Assembly (NCBI GenBank): GCA_000004985.1
Contig: GG738851.1
Reading direction: 5' to 3' (one strand)
DNA length: 64,000 bases
From: Naegleria gruberi
Taxonomy: Eukaryota
Numbering within the stretch: position 1 is the stretch's first letter; each line of letters opens with the position of its first letter. The position numbers were made by a program, and so were the translations under genes. This document shows positions 8,183 to 20,280 of this stretch, piece after piece. The notes under the pieces were generated by a model. It did no database searches. It had not been told where the DNA came from and saw only the letters and a list, made by a program, of their open reading frames with translations.

Positions 8183-10564
8183 ATGCAAGATTGGATGAAT
8201 GAAAAGATATCACTCATAACAAGTATACATGATAATATAGTAGGAGGTGAAGCAGTATTAAAATCACCATTTTCAAAGAATCGTTATGTTCCAATTACTT
8301 ATTGTGATTATATTGCATCTGGTAAACCATTGAAATTTATTGAAGATTATTTATTTGAACAAGTATTACCTACCTATGCTAATACACATACTACTACTTC
8401 ATTCACTGGTTATCAAACTACTCATTTTAGAGAAGATGCTAGACAAATCATTGCACAATCTGTTAATGCTAAATTAGTTAATTCTAATCAATCTAATCAT
8501 TCAAATCAATCAAATGAATGTAATAATGTATCATCATTACCATCATCATTTGAATCATCAACATGTTCACTTTGTAAATTTTCCAAATTACCAAGTGAAA
8601 GACAAGTAACAGATGAAGATTGTGATGTTGTTCTATTTGAAGGTAGTGGTAGTACAAGTGCTATTAATACACTAGTTCATTGTTTAGGTGTTAGAGAGAG
8701 AGTATTATTAGCATTATCTACAAATAATGAAAATGAAATTCCAATTGTTTTCATTTCATGTGCTGAACATCATTCTAATATTTTACCATGGAGAGAAAGT
8801 GGTGCAATTGTTATTCAAATAAGTGAAGATAGATATGGTAATATTAATTTAAAACATTTAGAACAATGTTTAATTAAATATTCTTCTAATAATAATAATT
8901 TTAATAATTTAAATAATAATTCTAATAATAATAATTTAAATAATAATAATATAAAAAATAAGAGATTATTAATTGGATCATTTACAGCAGCATCTAATGT
9001 AACAGGTGTAATTTCAGATTGTGATTCAATATGTAAATTGTGTCATTTAAATGGAGCATTATGTTTTTTTGATTATGCAGCAAGTGCACCCTATGTTTCA
9101 ATTAATGTAAATCCATCCAATGATCCAATCTATCATAAGGATGCTATATTTATTTCACCTCATAAATTTGTAGGTGGACCAAGTACACCTGGTGTTTTAA
9201 TTGCAAAGAGAAAATTATTTAAAAATGCAGTTCCAACACGACCAGGTGGTGGTACTGTTTATTTTGTTGATGATAGAAATCATTCATATACAACTTCAAT
9301 TGAAGAGAGAGAAGAAGGAGGTACACCTGATATTATTGGATCTATTAGATGTGCATTAGTATTTAAATTAAAAGATACTGTTGGTCCTTCTTTAATTTCT
9401 AAATTAGAAGATGCTTATAGAGATAGAGCATTTGAAACATGGTCAAATAATTTAAATTTAATCATTTTAGGACCAGGTAGAGAATCAATTGAAAAGGGTG
9501 GTGTTAAAAAATTAGCATTCTTTTCATTTCTAGTTAAACATGGTAATAGTTTTTTACATCATTCATTTGTTTCATTATTATTAAATGATTTATTTGGTGT
9601 ACAAACTAGAGGTGGATGTTCATGTGCTGGTCCACTTGGTATGGAAATACTTGGTATTACACATGAAAAGGCAATTGAATTAGAAACTGCTTTAATGGAA
9701 TCTTATGAAACACCAATTTCATTAACACATTTAAAACCTGGTTGGACAAGATTGAATTTAAATTATTTTTTTGATGATGAAACTGTTGATTTTGTTGTAA
9801 AGGCAGTTGATTTTGTTGCAACACATGGTTGGAAATTCTTACCCTATTATATTTTTAATGAAAAGAGTAATGAATGGATGCATAGAACATTTGATATCAA
9901 TTCAACTGATAATTTATCATCAATTCATGAAGATTTTACAAACTTTTTACAACAACATCGTAAAAAATTAACAGATGTTACTTTTGAAAATGGTAAATTA
10001 CAATTTTTAGATCATTCAAGTGAATTACATGATATGGAACCTAATACTATTCATAATTATTCAGATATATTGGAGGATGCTGAAAGATTATTAACACAAT
10101 CTATTGAATTATTTACACAAGAAAGAGCACCTTTCCAATTATCATATGAACATGAAATTTATAGATTATTTGGTGATGAAAAGTTTAAATTTGCAAAGAA
10201 ATATGGTCATTTGAGATGGTATTTATTACCTTCTCAAGTTTTGGCTGAAATTAGAAATGAAAATATTTTAAATACTACTACTACCATTTCAACAATTACC
10301 ATTTCAACAAATACTTTTAATAATTCAAATGAATTAAGAGAAGAAACAAATTATCTTGTTAAACCTAAGGTATATCCAACTAGTCAAGAATATGTTGATG
10401 AAAAATTAATGAATCAATGTACCTATTCAAGTGGACAACAACATTCCAATAATACAAATTCTGCACAATTTAAATGTCCATTTATGAGTTGTAAATGGTG
10501 GATATTATCAGGTGCTGTTATTGGTTCTGTTACTGCTTTATCTTTATATTTAAATAGGAAATAA
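8183..10564 (+). CDS. PLP-dependent aminotransferase class-V (cysteine-desulfurase-like fold) protein with Asn-rich insert and C-terminal TM helix
   Basis: Motif FISPHKFVGGPSTPGVLIAKRKL (the PLP-lysine HK context of the NifS/class-V fold). TPDIIGSIR and GGCSCAGP segments. Hydrophobic C-terminal WWILSGAVIGSVTALSLYL. Confidence 0.7.
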   Translation: MQDWMNEKISLITSIHDNIVGGEAVLKSPFSKNRYVPITYCDYIASGKPLKFIEDYLFEQVLPTYANTHTTTSFTGYQTTHFREDARQIIAQSVNAKLVNSNQSNHSNQSNECNNVSSLPSSFESSTCSLCKFSKLPSERQVTDEDCDVVLFEGSGSTSAINTLVHCLGVRERVLLALSTNNENEIPIVFISCAEHHSNILPWRESGAIVIQISEDRYGNINLKHLEQCLIKYSSNNNNFNNLNNNSNNNNLNNNNIKNKRLLIGSFTAASNVTGVISDCDSICKLCHLNGALCFFDYAASAPYVSINVNPSNDPIYHKDAIFISPHKFVGGPSTPGVLIAKRKLFKNAVPTRPGGGTVYFVDDRNHSYTTSIEEREEGGTPDIIGSIRCALVFKLKDTVGPSLISKLEDAYRDRAFETWSNNLNLIILGPGRESIEKGGVKKLAFFSFLVKHGNSFLHHSFVSLLLNDLFGVQTRGGCSCAGPLGMEILGITHEKAIELETALMESYETPISLTHLKPGWTRLNLNYFFDDETVDFVVKAVDFVATHGWKFLPYYIFNEKSNEWMHRTFDINSTDNLSSIHEDFTNFLQQHRKKLTDVTFENGKLQFLDHSSELHDMEPNTIHNYSDILEDAERLLTQSIELFTQERAPFQLSYEHEIYRLFGDEKFKFAKKYGHLRWYLLPSQVLAEIRNENILNTTTTISTITISTNTFNNSNELREETNYLVKPKVYPTSQEYVDEKLMNQCTYSSGQQHSNNTNSAQFKCPFMSCKWWILSGAVIGSVTALSLYLNRK

Positions 10565-10582
10565 AACTTTATTCGAACCAAT

Positions 10583-13500
10583 TCAGTCTAGTACAATCAC
10601 TTGATCTAGAGTCAGAGTGGTTAAAAACTCGGTGCACTTATTAGTTTTGGCAGGAAAGTCACATTTGATGCTACAATATTCTTGAACCTTAGTGTTATAC
10701 CGATAAAGGTACGTTAAAAATTTGCGTGGTTTCATAATATTCAATTCATTTAGTGCACTGTCTAATTCATCATCTATCATTTCTGGAGTTGTATCAAGAG
10801 TGCAAATAAATTCACAAACTGATCTGACAGTTTTACATTCTTGCATAAAATATGGAATATTTTCAATTTTAAATGGATTATTTCTCGTTCCAAGAGTTAT
10901 TTCTGTAATGTTGGGTGTAAAATTTAAAAATAAATCTGTTAATGATTCTGATGAAATATTAATTAAATTCAATTTAGGACAATGTTTCAATTCTAATGTG
11001 GTAATATTACATTGATTCATTGATATTGAATAGACTTGTTCTAATTGAGTACAATTATTTAAGACTAAATGTTTCAATTTAGAAAAACAATTAATAATTT
11101 GTGGAGAATTTTCATCTGGTTGATAATTTCCAAACAATCTAATATCACATCCACTAATATTTAAATATTTCAAATTTTTACAATATTTTCCAATATTTTG
11201 AATAGAGTCTTGATTAATATTATTTAAAGTTAAATTTGTAATATGGTTATTAACATTAGTAGGAATACTATTATACTCAGGTATAAAATGCCTATCATTA
11301 ACTTGATTCAATTCTTGTTGGATTATTAAAAGTTGTGATAAAATATCATTTGATTTCATTCTTTCAAGTGGATTTTTTGTAATTAGATTTTTCAATAAAT
11401 TTATAATTGAATCTGATAAATGGTTAGGTACAATATCTGATTGTTTAATCATCCATTCAATATGTTTATGTATTATATCATTAGAATTATTTGCTATCAT
11501 TATAGAAGAGAATGGTTTACCATCAATCATTAAAACGTTATACTTATTATTACATAACATTTCAAATATTATACATCCTAAACTATATGAATCTAAACAA
11601 TTTCCAAATCTTGTTGCAGTTCCTATTGATAATTCAGATTCTGGTGATCTATATAATAAAGTTCCAATACCATCTAATGTAATAGTATTATTAAAAGTTA
11701 ACTTTGAATGTTCAAAATCACATATTTTAAGAATATCATTATCAAATACTAATATATTTTCTAATTTTAAATCTTGATGGATGATGTTATTGTCATGGAT
11801 TGCTATAATTCCACTAGTAATTTGAATAAAATAATTTAATAACTTGTCTATTGTTTTATCAAAAATAAAAAAATTAGTATACCAATATGTACGTAAATCA
11901 CAAATAGCTATTGGCATTATAATATAATACACTCTATTATTCTCAAGTCCAAATTGTAAATATTCTATAACATTATCAGATTTAATTGATTGAATAGTTT
12001 CACATCTATCAATAAAATCTTGTTCATTAGTAGGAACATCTACCAACTTTTTCACTTTCAATTCATTATTATATTCCACTATTGATACTTTTGCATTTAA
12101 ATATTTGATTATTGGAAATTTACTTTGATATTCAGAAGATATATTTAAATCTTCTTTTTTAATAATTTCTTCACTTCCTTCAATTTTATATTCACCTAAA
12201 TGTTTAAGCATATTTTCATGCTTTACTTCAATTTCATTTGATTTATCAATTAGAGTGGATAGATTTTTATCTTTAAATATGACAGCACAATGGTTTTTAA
12301 TATTCTGTAACGATTCACCTTTGACATCCCAATTATTGTGAGATCTTTTTGTATCTTTATAAAAAACTGTAATAACTAACTCATCTGATAGGGGAGTACC
12401 TGTTGTTTTAGGAATAATTTTTGTATTATTATTTGATTCTTGATTAGATGTTAATAGTTTTGATTGCAATTCAGGATATATAACATTATTGGTTTCTCCA
12501 TTTTTTAGAGTAATAACTTCATTAAATGTAGGTTCTGTAAATGTAATATTTGTATTATTTAATATATTTAATGTATTATTTAAATTTTCATAATCATGTA
12601 TTGATTTATAATAAATTGCATTGTAAACATGTACAGCTTTACAATTATTATCTAAATTATATGCTAAATTAATACATTCTTTAAATTTATGATAATCTCC
12701 ACATTGAATATATAATTGTGCACCCATAATATATAAACCTGTACATGGATACTTGATAATTAAATTATTATATAAATAAATAGCATTTTCAATACTTCCT
12801 GAATTAAAATATGAAATAAATTTAGAAAATTCTGAATAAGCACAATCTTCATTTTCTAATATATTTAAATTTATATTCAATTCATTTTCATTAATTTCAC
12901 CATTCAAATATTTGATAATATTTAAAATAATATTTTTATAATAAAAACAATTCATACGTTTCATAGAGTCTATGTGAATCATTCTATTAATACATTTAAT
13001 TAATATATTTTTAATTTCTTTTTCACATTCAACATATCTATTAATTAATTTTTCAATTTGGTTATGTAATTCATTTTCATCTTTTTTAGTTTTACAAGGT
13101 AGTACTATTTTAGAAATATTGCAATTAGTTAGTAATGTTAATAAAATACATCCTAATGAATATGTATCACTTGTTATATCATTGTTATGTGATTCATTTG
13201 TTTCAAATACCTCAGGTGCTATATATTCAAAATTTAATGAAAAATCTACAAATTTTAATTCATCATTTTCCATTAATACAATATTATTAGGATTTAAATT
13301 TGTTATTACAATATTCTTATTATGAAATGATTGTACTAAATTAAGTATTTTAGTAAAAATACTAAGTTTTTCAATAATAGTTTTAGAATTAGTATTATAA
13401 ATGTAATCTACAAGTGATCTGAATTCCATAACATCAAAACTAATCTCATCAGTTCTAACACATTCTAATTTTCTAATGTTAGACTGAAAGTTAACTCTTT

Positions 13501-14581
13501 TTAAAAACTTAAGTGTTTCTTTTGATAAAATGTTTTCAATAATTCCTACTACAACATTTTTTTTTCTACTTGTATCATATACTAGAAATGTAAAGTAATA
13601 ACAATAACCAATAAATGAAATAATTTCAAATCCATATTTGTTCAAAATACTTGAATAAATATTATTCCATGATATTGTCTCTATGTTTCCAAATTTTTGA
13701 ACAACTTCTAATACAAATTCTCTATCTTTTTTGAGTGAATCATCAACATATTCAAATGCATTACCATTGTGTTTAACAGTTTCTAATATAATTTCTCTAT
13801 CTTTTTTAAATAATTCATGTACATCTTTTAATTCATCATTCACTTCTCTATTATTAAAAAATGATAATTTTTCAAAATAATTTTCATTCGAAAGTATAAT
13901 TAAAAAATCTATTAATTGGTCATCTAATATTTTCAATTGTTCATAATCTTTTCTTATTAATTCTGTTTCATTTGAAAATGATTTTCTGGTTGTAATTTCA
14001 TATATTACTATTGATAAAGCTTTCATAACATCACTAAGCAATTGAAAATAGTATGATTGTTCAATTGATATAAAATTACTAGTATCATTTAACATAACTG
14101 TAATTGTTTCTTCTTCTCTATTAAATTCTTTAACAATAATATTATTTTTAATTAATTTAGAATTATCATACTTATTATTATTATAAATTAATTTATCATT
14201 ATCATAAATATATTTTAATACATTAGATACTTGTTTTAATATTTGTTTAATTATTTTTGCTGATGGAATTTCATCTTTAAAAAAATTAAATAATGTACTT
14301 TTACAATACTCAGTTTCAATACATTTATAATATTCATCATTAATAACTAATTTAAATATATCATATACTCTTGCTATGTTATAATGTGATGATCTATTAG
14401 ATATTGTTTTTTTTAATTCATCATAATCATATACAAAATCATAATATTTTTCAACTTGTAATGACTTGATAGTATTATCTGTTTTGGATGAAATTTTAAA
14501 TAAATTATTTTCAGAACATTCTATTGTACAAGAAGAATATCTTGGAAGATTCCGAATAGCTGTCAATATATTTTCTGACAT
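10583..14581 (-). CDS. Large protein with two kinase-like (probably pseudokinase) domains and a C-terminal leucine-rich-repeat region
   Basis: Second kinase-like domain has HQDLKLENILVF...ICDFEHSK (HRD->HQD, DFG->DFE), ..LYRSPE.., ..YSLGCIIFEML. An upstream kinase-like region (..NIVITNLNPNNIVL..FVDFSLNFEYIAPEV..YSLGCILLTLL) lacks the catalytic Asp. LRR-like C-terminus (LKYLNISGCD.., LKHLVLNNCTQLE.., LELKHCPKLNLINIS). Confidence 0.8.
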   Translation of the reverse strand: MSENILTAIRNLPRYSSCTIECSENNLFKISSKTDNTIKSLQVEKYYDFVYDYDELKKTISNRSSHYNIARVYDIFKLVINDEYYKCIETEYCKSTLFNFFKDEIPSAKIIKQILKQVSNVLKYIYDNDKLIYNNNKYDNSKLIKNNIIVKEFNREEETITVMLNDTSNFISIEQSYYFQLLSDVMKALSIVIYEITTRKSFSNETELIRKDYEQLKILDDQLIDFLIILSNENYFEKLSFFNNREVNDELKDVHELFKKDREIILETVKHNGNAFEYVDDSLKKDREFVLEVVQKFGNIETISWNNIYSSILNKYGFEIISFIGYCYYFTFLVYDTSRKKNVVVGIIENILSKETLKFLKRVNFQSNIRKLECVRTDEISFDVMEFRSLVDYIYNTNSKTIIEKLSIFTKILNLVQSFHNKNIVITNLNPNNIVLMENDELKFVDFSLNFEYIAPEVFETNESHNNDITSDTYSLGCILLTLLTNCNISKIVLPCKTKKDENELHNQIEKLINRYVECEKEIKNILIKCINRMIHIDSMKRMNCFYYKNIILNIIKYLNGEINENELNINLNILENEDCAYSEFSKFISYFNSGSIENAIYLYNNLIIKYPCTGLYIMGAQLYIQCGDYHKFKECINLAYNLDNNCKAVHVYNAIYYKSIHDYENLNNTLNILNNTNITFTEPTFNEVITLKNGETNNVIYPELQSKLLTSNQESNNNTKIIPKTTGTPLSDELVITVFYKDTKRSHNNWDVKGESLQNIKNHCAVIFKDKNLSTLIDKSNEIEVKHENMLKHLGEYKIEGSEEIIKKEDLNISSEYQSKFPIIKYLNAKVSIVEYNNELKVKKLVDVPTNEQDFIDRCETIQSIKSDNVIEYLQFGLENNRVYYIIMPIAICDLRTYWYTNFFIFDKTIDKLLNYFIQITSGIIAIHDNNIIHQDLKLENILVFDNDILKICDFEHSKLTFNNTITLDGIGTLLYRSPESELSIGTATRFGNCLDSYSLGCIIFEMLCNNKYNVLMIDGKPFSSIMIANNSNDIIHKHIEWMIKQSDIVPNHLSDSIINLLKNLITKNPLERMKSNDILSQLLIIQQELNQVNDRHFIPEYNSIPTNVNNHITNLTLNNINQDSIQNIGKYCKNLKYLNISGCDIRLFGNYQPDENSPQIINCFSKLKHLVLNNCTQLEQVYSISMNQCNITTLELKHCPKLNLINISSESLTDLFLNFTPNITEITLGTRNNPFKIENIPYFMQECKTVRSVCEFICTLDTTPEMIDDELDSALNELNIMKPRKFLTYLYRYNTKVQEYCSIKCDFPAKTNKCTEFLTTLTLDQVIVLD

Positions 14582-15872
14582 TTTTTTTAAAGTGGGGAAT
14601 CAAAACGTGACGCAAGAAAATGTTAAATTTAAAGGACATGACAACAATCCTCTGAAACCCAAACGTGAAAAAGTTATTTTTGGAACGTGAAAACTGTTCT
14701 AAAAGTTGTTGAGGTATTGTAATTAAAATTGATTCAGATAATTGTAATTTGTAATTGTTTTGATTGTGAGTTTACAAAAGTCTAACATTAATTCGAAAGG
14801 AATGGACGAATCTAATGTTACAAAATAACTCACCTCTCCCATAATCTTTTCCAATCCTTTAATCTTTTTCATTATTTGTTAAATTTTGGAATGATTTGAG
14901 TTCAACAAGAATGAAAGAATTAATCTATATTGATTATAAAAAGTTGAAAGAGGAGAGCCATATTACATCACTAATTAATGATCCATGGTTTTGTTTATTT
15001 TCCCTTTCTTTTAAAGTTTCATTATAAGATTTATGAACATGTTGTTTGTAATACTTTGGAAAATCTTGTGAAAAGATGATAATGTGAAATAGAAGATGTT
15101 CAATCTTTGGAGTTTTACCACTTTTGATTGGATGATATTTAAAATAAGTTTAAGATATGAAGAATCATCATTGTTACTGACAGCAGGAATAGCTTTGAGA
15201 AATCTTGTATGAATCATGAACATGATCACAATTGACGAAACTAACTTCGAAACGATCATGTTCATTCTCATCCTTAATCTTCTTGGGAATAAGTTATTGG
15301 CAATTCCAATTGTCTTTCATTGCATTATTTTTGCAAAGATGATGTCTTGTTAGCTGGAATTTCAAGTTTTAAGGTAACATAAGGAAGAAGATCATTGGGA
15401 ATAGTAGTGTCTTGAACATCTTCTTCCGTTGATGGTAGAATAGGAAATAATATCTTCTCTTTTACGTATTTTTTTTGAATTAAGATTTGAATCCTTAGCC
15501 ATCTTTTGTTGTATATAATGGAAAGTTTGATCAATTATTGAAGCAGGAATCAGATAGGAAACATATGACATAGATAGTAGAAGTTTCGAAATGATTGGAC
15601 GATGACCAATCCTTAATTTCCAAAGCCAATGTATTGCGTGTTTTGAATGAATTTAATTTCAAAAAACCTTAATAAAAAGAGCATCATAGTACAGCTCCCC
15701 ATCAGTTATTCAAAGGAAAATTCGACACTGTGGGATCTGATTAAATTTATGTTGTTTGAATTGAAAATGTTTAACTTTGATTTAAAGAAATTATATTGAA
15801 TATGCAATGGAAGAAAAGAATAGGAAATTGAAAGAATTTTAATACTATTAAAGGCAAGAAGTCACCTATTAT

Positions 15873-17285
15873 TTGATCATCAAACTAATGTGTTCTTCAG
15901 AATTGAATTGTAAAATATGCTCTGGATGTTGTTGTATTATTAAAATAGATTTTAAAAAAATGTTAACATTCATTCTCTCACTCACAATTCCCTTGTTAAT
16001 TATTGTATATTTATTTAAAGACAAATTATTAGGAGGAGGTGGTGATGGTTCTATTGATAAAACCAATAATAATAATACAACAATAACAAGTGATGATCAA
16101 TCTTTTAATAATACAACAACATTAACATCAGGAAAGAAAAAGGCTTCTTCAAACACTCAACATCATACAACAACAACAAATAATGAAAAGATTCAAGATT
16201 CCAATTTAATAGTAGAAGCATCAACATTAAAAAAGAAAGTACAATATCAAATAACTAATGATGATGTATTAGATTTATCAGTATCTAGAAATTATACAGC
16301 TATATTAAAAAAATCAGAGAAAACTATTCGTATCTATAAGAATGAATTACTTGTTAAAGATAATAAGAAATTTTATGATATTGAAATTGGAAATGTTAAT
16401 GATTATGGTACTTCAATAGCATTAACAGAAGAAGGTGATTTATTAGCTGTATCAATTGATTATGATAATTTTATTAAAATATTTAAATTAAATATTAATA
16501 ATACAAATAATACAAATAATTCAATAATTATAGATAAACCAATACAATTACCATCTGAAAAGAAAATGATAAAATCAATGAAATTTTCATCTAATGGTAA
16601 ATATTTATTTGCTCAATTAGAAGGATGTGATGATATTTCAATTTATAATTTAAATAATTATCAAGTTGAAAAAATTAAAACAGGTCAATTAGAAAATTAC
16701 ATGTTTTCTTTAACTGAATCATTTTTATGTATTGCTGGTTTTGCTTCTATTATTAAAATTTATAAAATATTAAATGATTCAAATTCAAATTCAAATACTT
16801 CAAATGAAAAGAAAAAGAAAGATCATCATCATATAAATCATATAAGTAAAGGTAATACATCTAATTGTATTAAATATAGAGAATTAAGTGGATGTAAAAG
16901 TAGTGTTATTCAAGTAGATAATTATAAAAATTTAATATTAGCAACAACATTAAAAGATGAAATTATTAGATTATTTGATATTGATGAAAATGAACATTAT
17001 ATTTTATCTGAATTAAATATTAATCAATTAACTAATAATAATAATATTTCTAATTTTAAACAAGTATTTATTTGTAATGAAAATATATATTGTGGTATTG
17101 GTTTAAATAATGAAATTGTATTTTTTGAAAGAAGTGAAAAATCATTTAAATTAATACATTTAATTAAACATACTTGTTTACAAAATACTAATATTTTAAA
17201 GGCTTGTTTAAATCCAAAAAGAAAAGTTTTAATTACTTGTTCATCGGATGGTTATTTAAGAATGTGGAAAGTACCTTTAAATTAA
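15873..17285 (+). CDS. Membrane-anchored WD40-like repeat protein
   Basis: N-terminal hydrophobic segment MLTFILSLTIPLLIIVYLF. The true ATG is probably at ~15958. C-terminal WD-like repeat ..LITCSSDGYLRMWKVP. Asn/Thr-rich linkers. Confidence 0.55.
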   Translation: MIIKLMCSSELNCKICSGCCCIIKIDFKKMLTFILSLTIPLLIIVYLFKDKLLGGGGDGSIDKTNNNNTTITSDDQSFNNTTTLTSGKKKASSNTQHHTTTTNNEKIQDSNLIVEASTLKKKVQYQITNDDVLDLSVSRNYTAILKKSEKTIRIYKNELLVKDNKKFYDIEIGNVNDYGTSIALTEEGDLLAVSIDYDNFIKIFKLNINNTNNTNNSIIIDKPIQLPSEKKMIKSMKFSSNGKYLFAQLEGCDDISIYNLNNYQVEKIKTGQLENYMFSLTESFLCIAGFASIIKIYKILNDSNSNSNTSNEKKKKDHHHINHISKGNTSNCIKYRELSGCKSSVIQVDNYKNLILATTLKDEIIRLFDIDENEHYILSELNINQLTNNNNISNFKQVFICNENIYCGIGLNNEIVFFERSEKSFKLIHLIKHTCLQNTNILKACLNPKRKVLITCSSDGYLRMWKVPLN

Positions 17286-17417
17286 TAAATTTAATTCTTT
17301 TATTTTATTTAATTATTTATTTATTATTATCTATTATTTAATTATTATTTTTAAATGTCAAGTATCATCAATGCATCCATCATCATATTAAAATATTTTA
17401 AAAAAAAATAACAAAAA

Positions 17418-18050
17418 ATGATTAGAATAAATGATGATGAAGAACAATTATATGAACCACTCGGAAATAATCAATTTCAATCAAATGATGATCATCAATA
17501 TACAAATAGTAGAATTAAAAATTTAAAAATTAAAATTGAATATTTTATAATGAATAATATTTTATTTATTACTCAATTTTTAATTGGTATTATTTCTACT
17601 ATTTTATATTCTATGATTATTTATATTTTATATTATAATAATTATGTAAATATTAATAGTGAATCATCAGATATAAATAATATTAATTTAACATTTATAT
17701 TTTTATTATTAATTAATCCATTAGTAATATTTACATCAACATTTAGTTATTATTATTTTAAAATATTATTATTACAATTTATTATTTTATTTATTTATTT
17801 AATTATGGTTGTGTTTAATATTTATTTTGGAGTTAATATTTTTAATTTTAGTAATTTATTATTGGATTTTATTCTAATTTTAATGATAATTGTTGAAATA
17901 TTGTCACTTTTAATAAATTGTAAAATGGTTTGGAATTTGAAATATTTACAACAACCATCAACAGTCCAACAATCATTACAAGACAATACAGAAAGCTCAC
18001 AAACAGTAGATAAAGAAACCTCATTTGAGTCACAAGATCAATCCAAATAA
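17418..18050 (+). CDS. Hypothetical multi-pass membrane protein (Ile/Leu/Phe-rich)
   Basis: 210-aa ORF with about 4 predicted hydrophobic helices. It could also be a chance ORF in AT-rich DNA. Confidence 0.4.
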   Translation: MIRINDDEEQLYEPLGNNQFQSNDDHQYTNSRIKNLKIKIEYFIMNNILFITQFLIGIISTILYSMIIYILYYNNYVNINSESSDINNINLTFIFLLLINPLVIFTSTFSYYYFKILLLQFIILFIYLIMVVFNIYFGVNIFNFSNLLLDFILILMIIVEILSLLINCKMVWNLKYLQQPSTVQQSLQDNTESSQTVDKETSFESQDQSK

Positions 18051-18059
18051 AAAATGAAA

Positions 18060-20280
18060 TTTACTTATATAAGAACATACAGAGCTATCGTTATTGAAAA
18101 TGCCAAAACCATTGATTGTCGGCATTCTTAGTATTATTGGTATTCGTTTTCTACCAAACTGAAGTAGGAAACACAGTGTTCAACTGTAAACCCACCAATG
18201 AATATCTTATCTGGTACGGATTAAAAACAGTAGAACAGAAGCATTCTCAAAACATTTCCAAACAATAAGCTTGTTTCATACGATACACTGGAGTCTTCAT
18301 TACTCTGTAAACTTGGCTTCTGTTTTGGCAGTAATTACGTTACGGTCTGTATTTTGAAAGTTAATTGATAAATACATAACTTGGTTTGTTAGTATTTTTT
18401 GAAGCATCAAAGAACAAGAACACCAAGTTTAACTTTTTGTTTTTGATAGTTGTGTATTATCTCTACCTGCGTGGGATGTGTTGGTCTCATGTGGTGTATT
18501 TCATTTTTGCGTCTAAAACACAAAACGTGCCACTAGCACCGTAATCGAGTAATAAGTCTTATGTCCAATTTATTTTGGAGCAAATACTTTAAGTACTTGT
18601 GTTGAACAGATGATAGAGCTTAGGTTAACTACAAATACAGTAAAAGGCATCATACTTGGTAAGTATATATACTGGCACATGCTTTACTTGGATTCGATCA
18701 CAATGTTAAGTGTTATTACTAACCTAAGTGGTTATCAGTGTAACAATCCGAAACGCGTTCGACAAAGATTAAAAATGAACCATGTGATAGTAATGATGCA
18801 TATTTGAAGCTCATCTAATATTTGATGTTTCTTGAAAAGAGAATATTGTTTACTACGTCTTTAATATTTTAGTATAACTATATTTTATCATGTTTGTTCA
18901 TCGGTATATCTAATCACCAAACCGTACAGTTACTATCTAGTACTATATTGTATCAGCCACGTAACATAGTATTGGGGTTTTTAGATACGTGTTACTTGTT
19001 TTTCAGATTTCTTTTAGTTATTATTCCAATTTGCTTTCTCTCATTTTTTTGCTCTGACTTCTGTTCGATATCTTTTTCTGTTTCATTAAGCGTACACCAA
19101 AGATTGATTTCTTGAAAGGTTAACAAAAAGTCACGTTGATTCCATGCAGATGAATAAAAGTTATGAGTACGGTCAGTTTCGATCTGACGACCAGGATACT
19201 GTGTATCTAGACATGATCTTTTTTTTAGACACACTTCAAGAGCCTCCTTGCTCTCCCTCTGAGCTACATACTCAAAGCATTAAGTAAGAATTAGAATATT
19301 GAGAATGAATGAATTATTTGTGTGCAGTTTTATTTTGGTATTTTTTATAAAATCTAATTTTTGAGTTCAGTGCATGTTCTTTATTCTACAATCATTTACA
19401 ATAATCTGTTTAGTTGATTGACATGGTAAGTAATTTATTAATTATTCGATCTTTCAACAAGCACGTGAGTTATTCAAGTAGCAAATCAAGGATTCAAATT
19501 GGATCTGTCATTCAAATAATTAAGAATTCTTTTTAAATTTTAATAACATCTTGATGTAAGTTTAAGATATTTTCCAATTTGTTGAATTGGCAACAGTGAG
19601 AACTGTAGAATTGATGACCTGTCGTTTTGAATTGAAGCCATTGAGAAATTGTAATGTCTTAATGTCTGCTTGCTGCCCAACTCCAGTCAATCTTGTAGGT
19701 GTGAATTATTTATTGCCTAATTAAATCAGAAGATACCTCAAGACGGAAGGTAAAATGTGAGAAAGTACGGTTCACACTTCGGTAGCAATAACATTGAAAG
19801 ATAGTAACAATTGTAAAAGTAAGGCAAATCATTCCTTTCTTTATCCAAAACAAAAATCATCATACATGAAATAAATTAATGATAAAATATCACATGTTGA
19901 CAATTGTAAATATTATTGTAAAAGGTGTTTCAACTCTGTTAATATCAAATCAATTTAGTATTGTTACCAAACCTACTTTGGAAAATTAAAATAGAAGTCA
20001 AGATAAAAATGAACAAGTTTCCAATTTTTATTTTATTTCTCTCCTTCCAAAATGATAGTCATCATTATCACTTTGAATTTTTTAAAGAAGATTATCCACT
20101 TTGAAGATTCTCAACCTACCTCTAACATCCTAATCATCAAATGATTACTTGATCATCATCATTAGCTAGCTTACACATTGTCATCATCTCTTCACCCGAC
20201 TACTGCATTTTAAATAATTGAAGAAAATACAACAAATCAAAAAAAAAATCACAACACATTTAAAGCTGCTTCAAGTTTTA
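18060..20280. other. Intermediate-GC (~35-40%) non-coding island with no long ORF on either strand
   Basis: Composition departs visibly from the flanking ~85-90% AT intergenic DNA (e.g. gtggtgtatttcatttttgcgtctaaaacacaaaacgtgccactagcaccgtaatcgag). Only ORFs of 80 aa or less in all six frames. Confidence 0.5.

Noticed and set aside
15011-15534. Small ORFs (86 and 69 aa) in the 14.6-15.9 kb intergenic region
   Set aside because: They are short, have no motifs, and sit in AT-rich sequence where ORFs of this size arise by chance.
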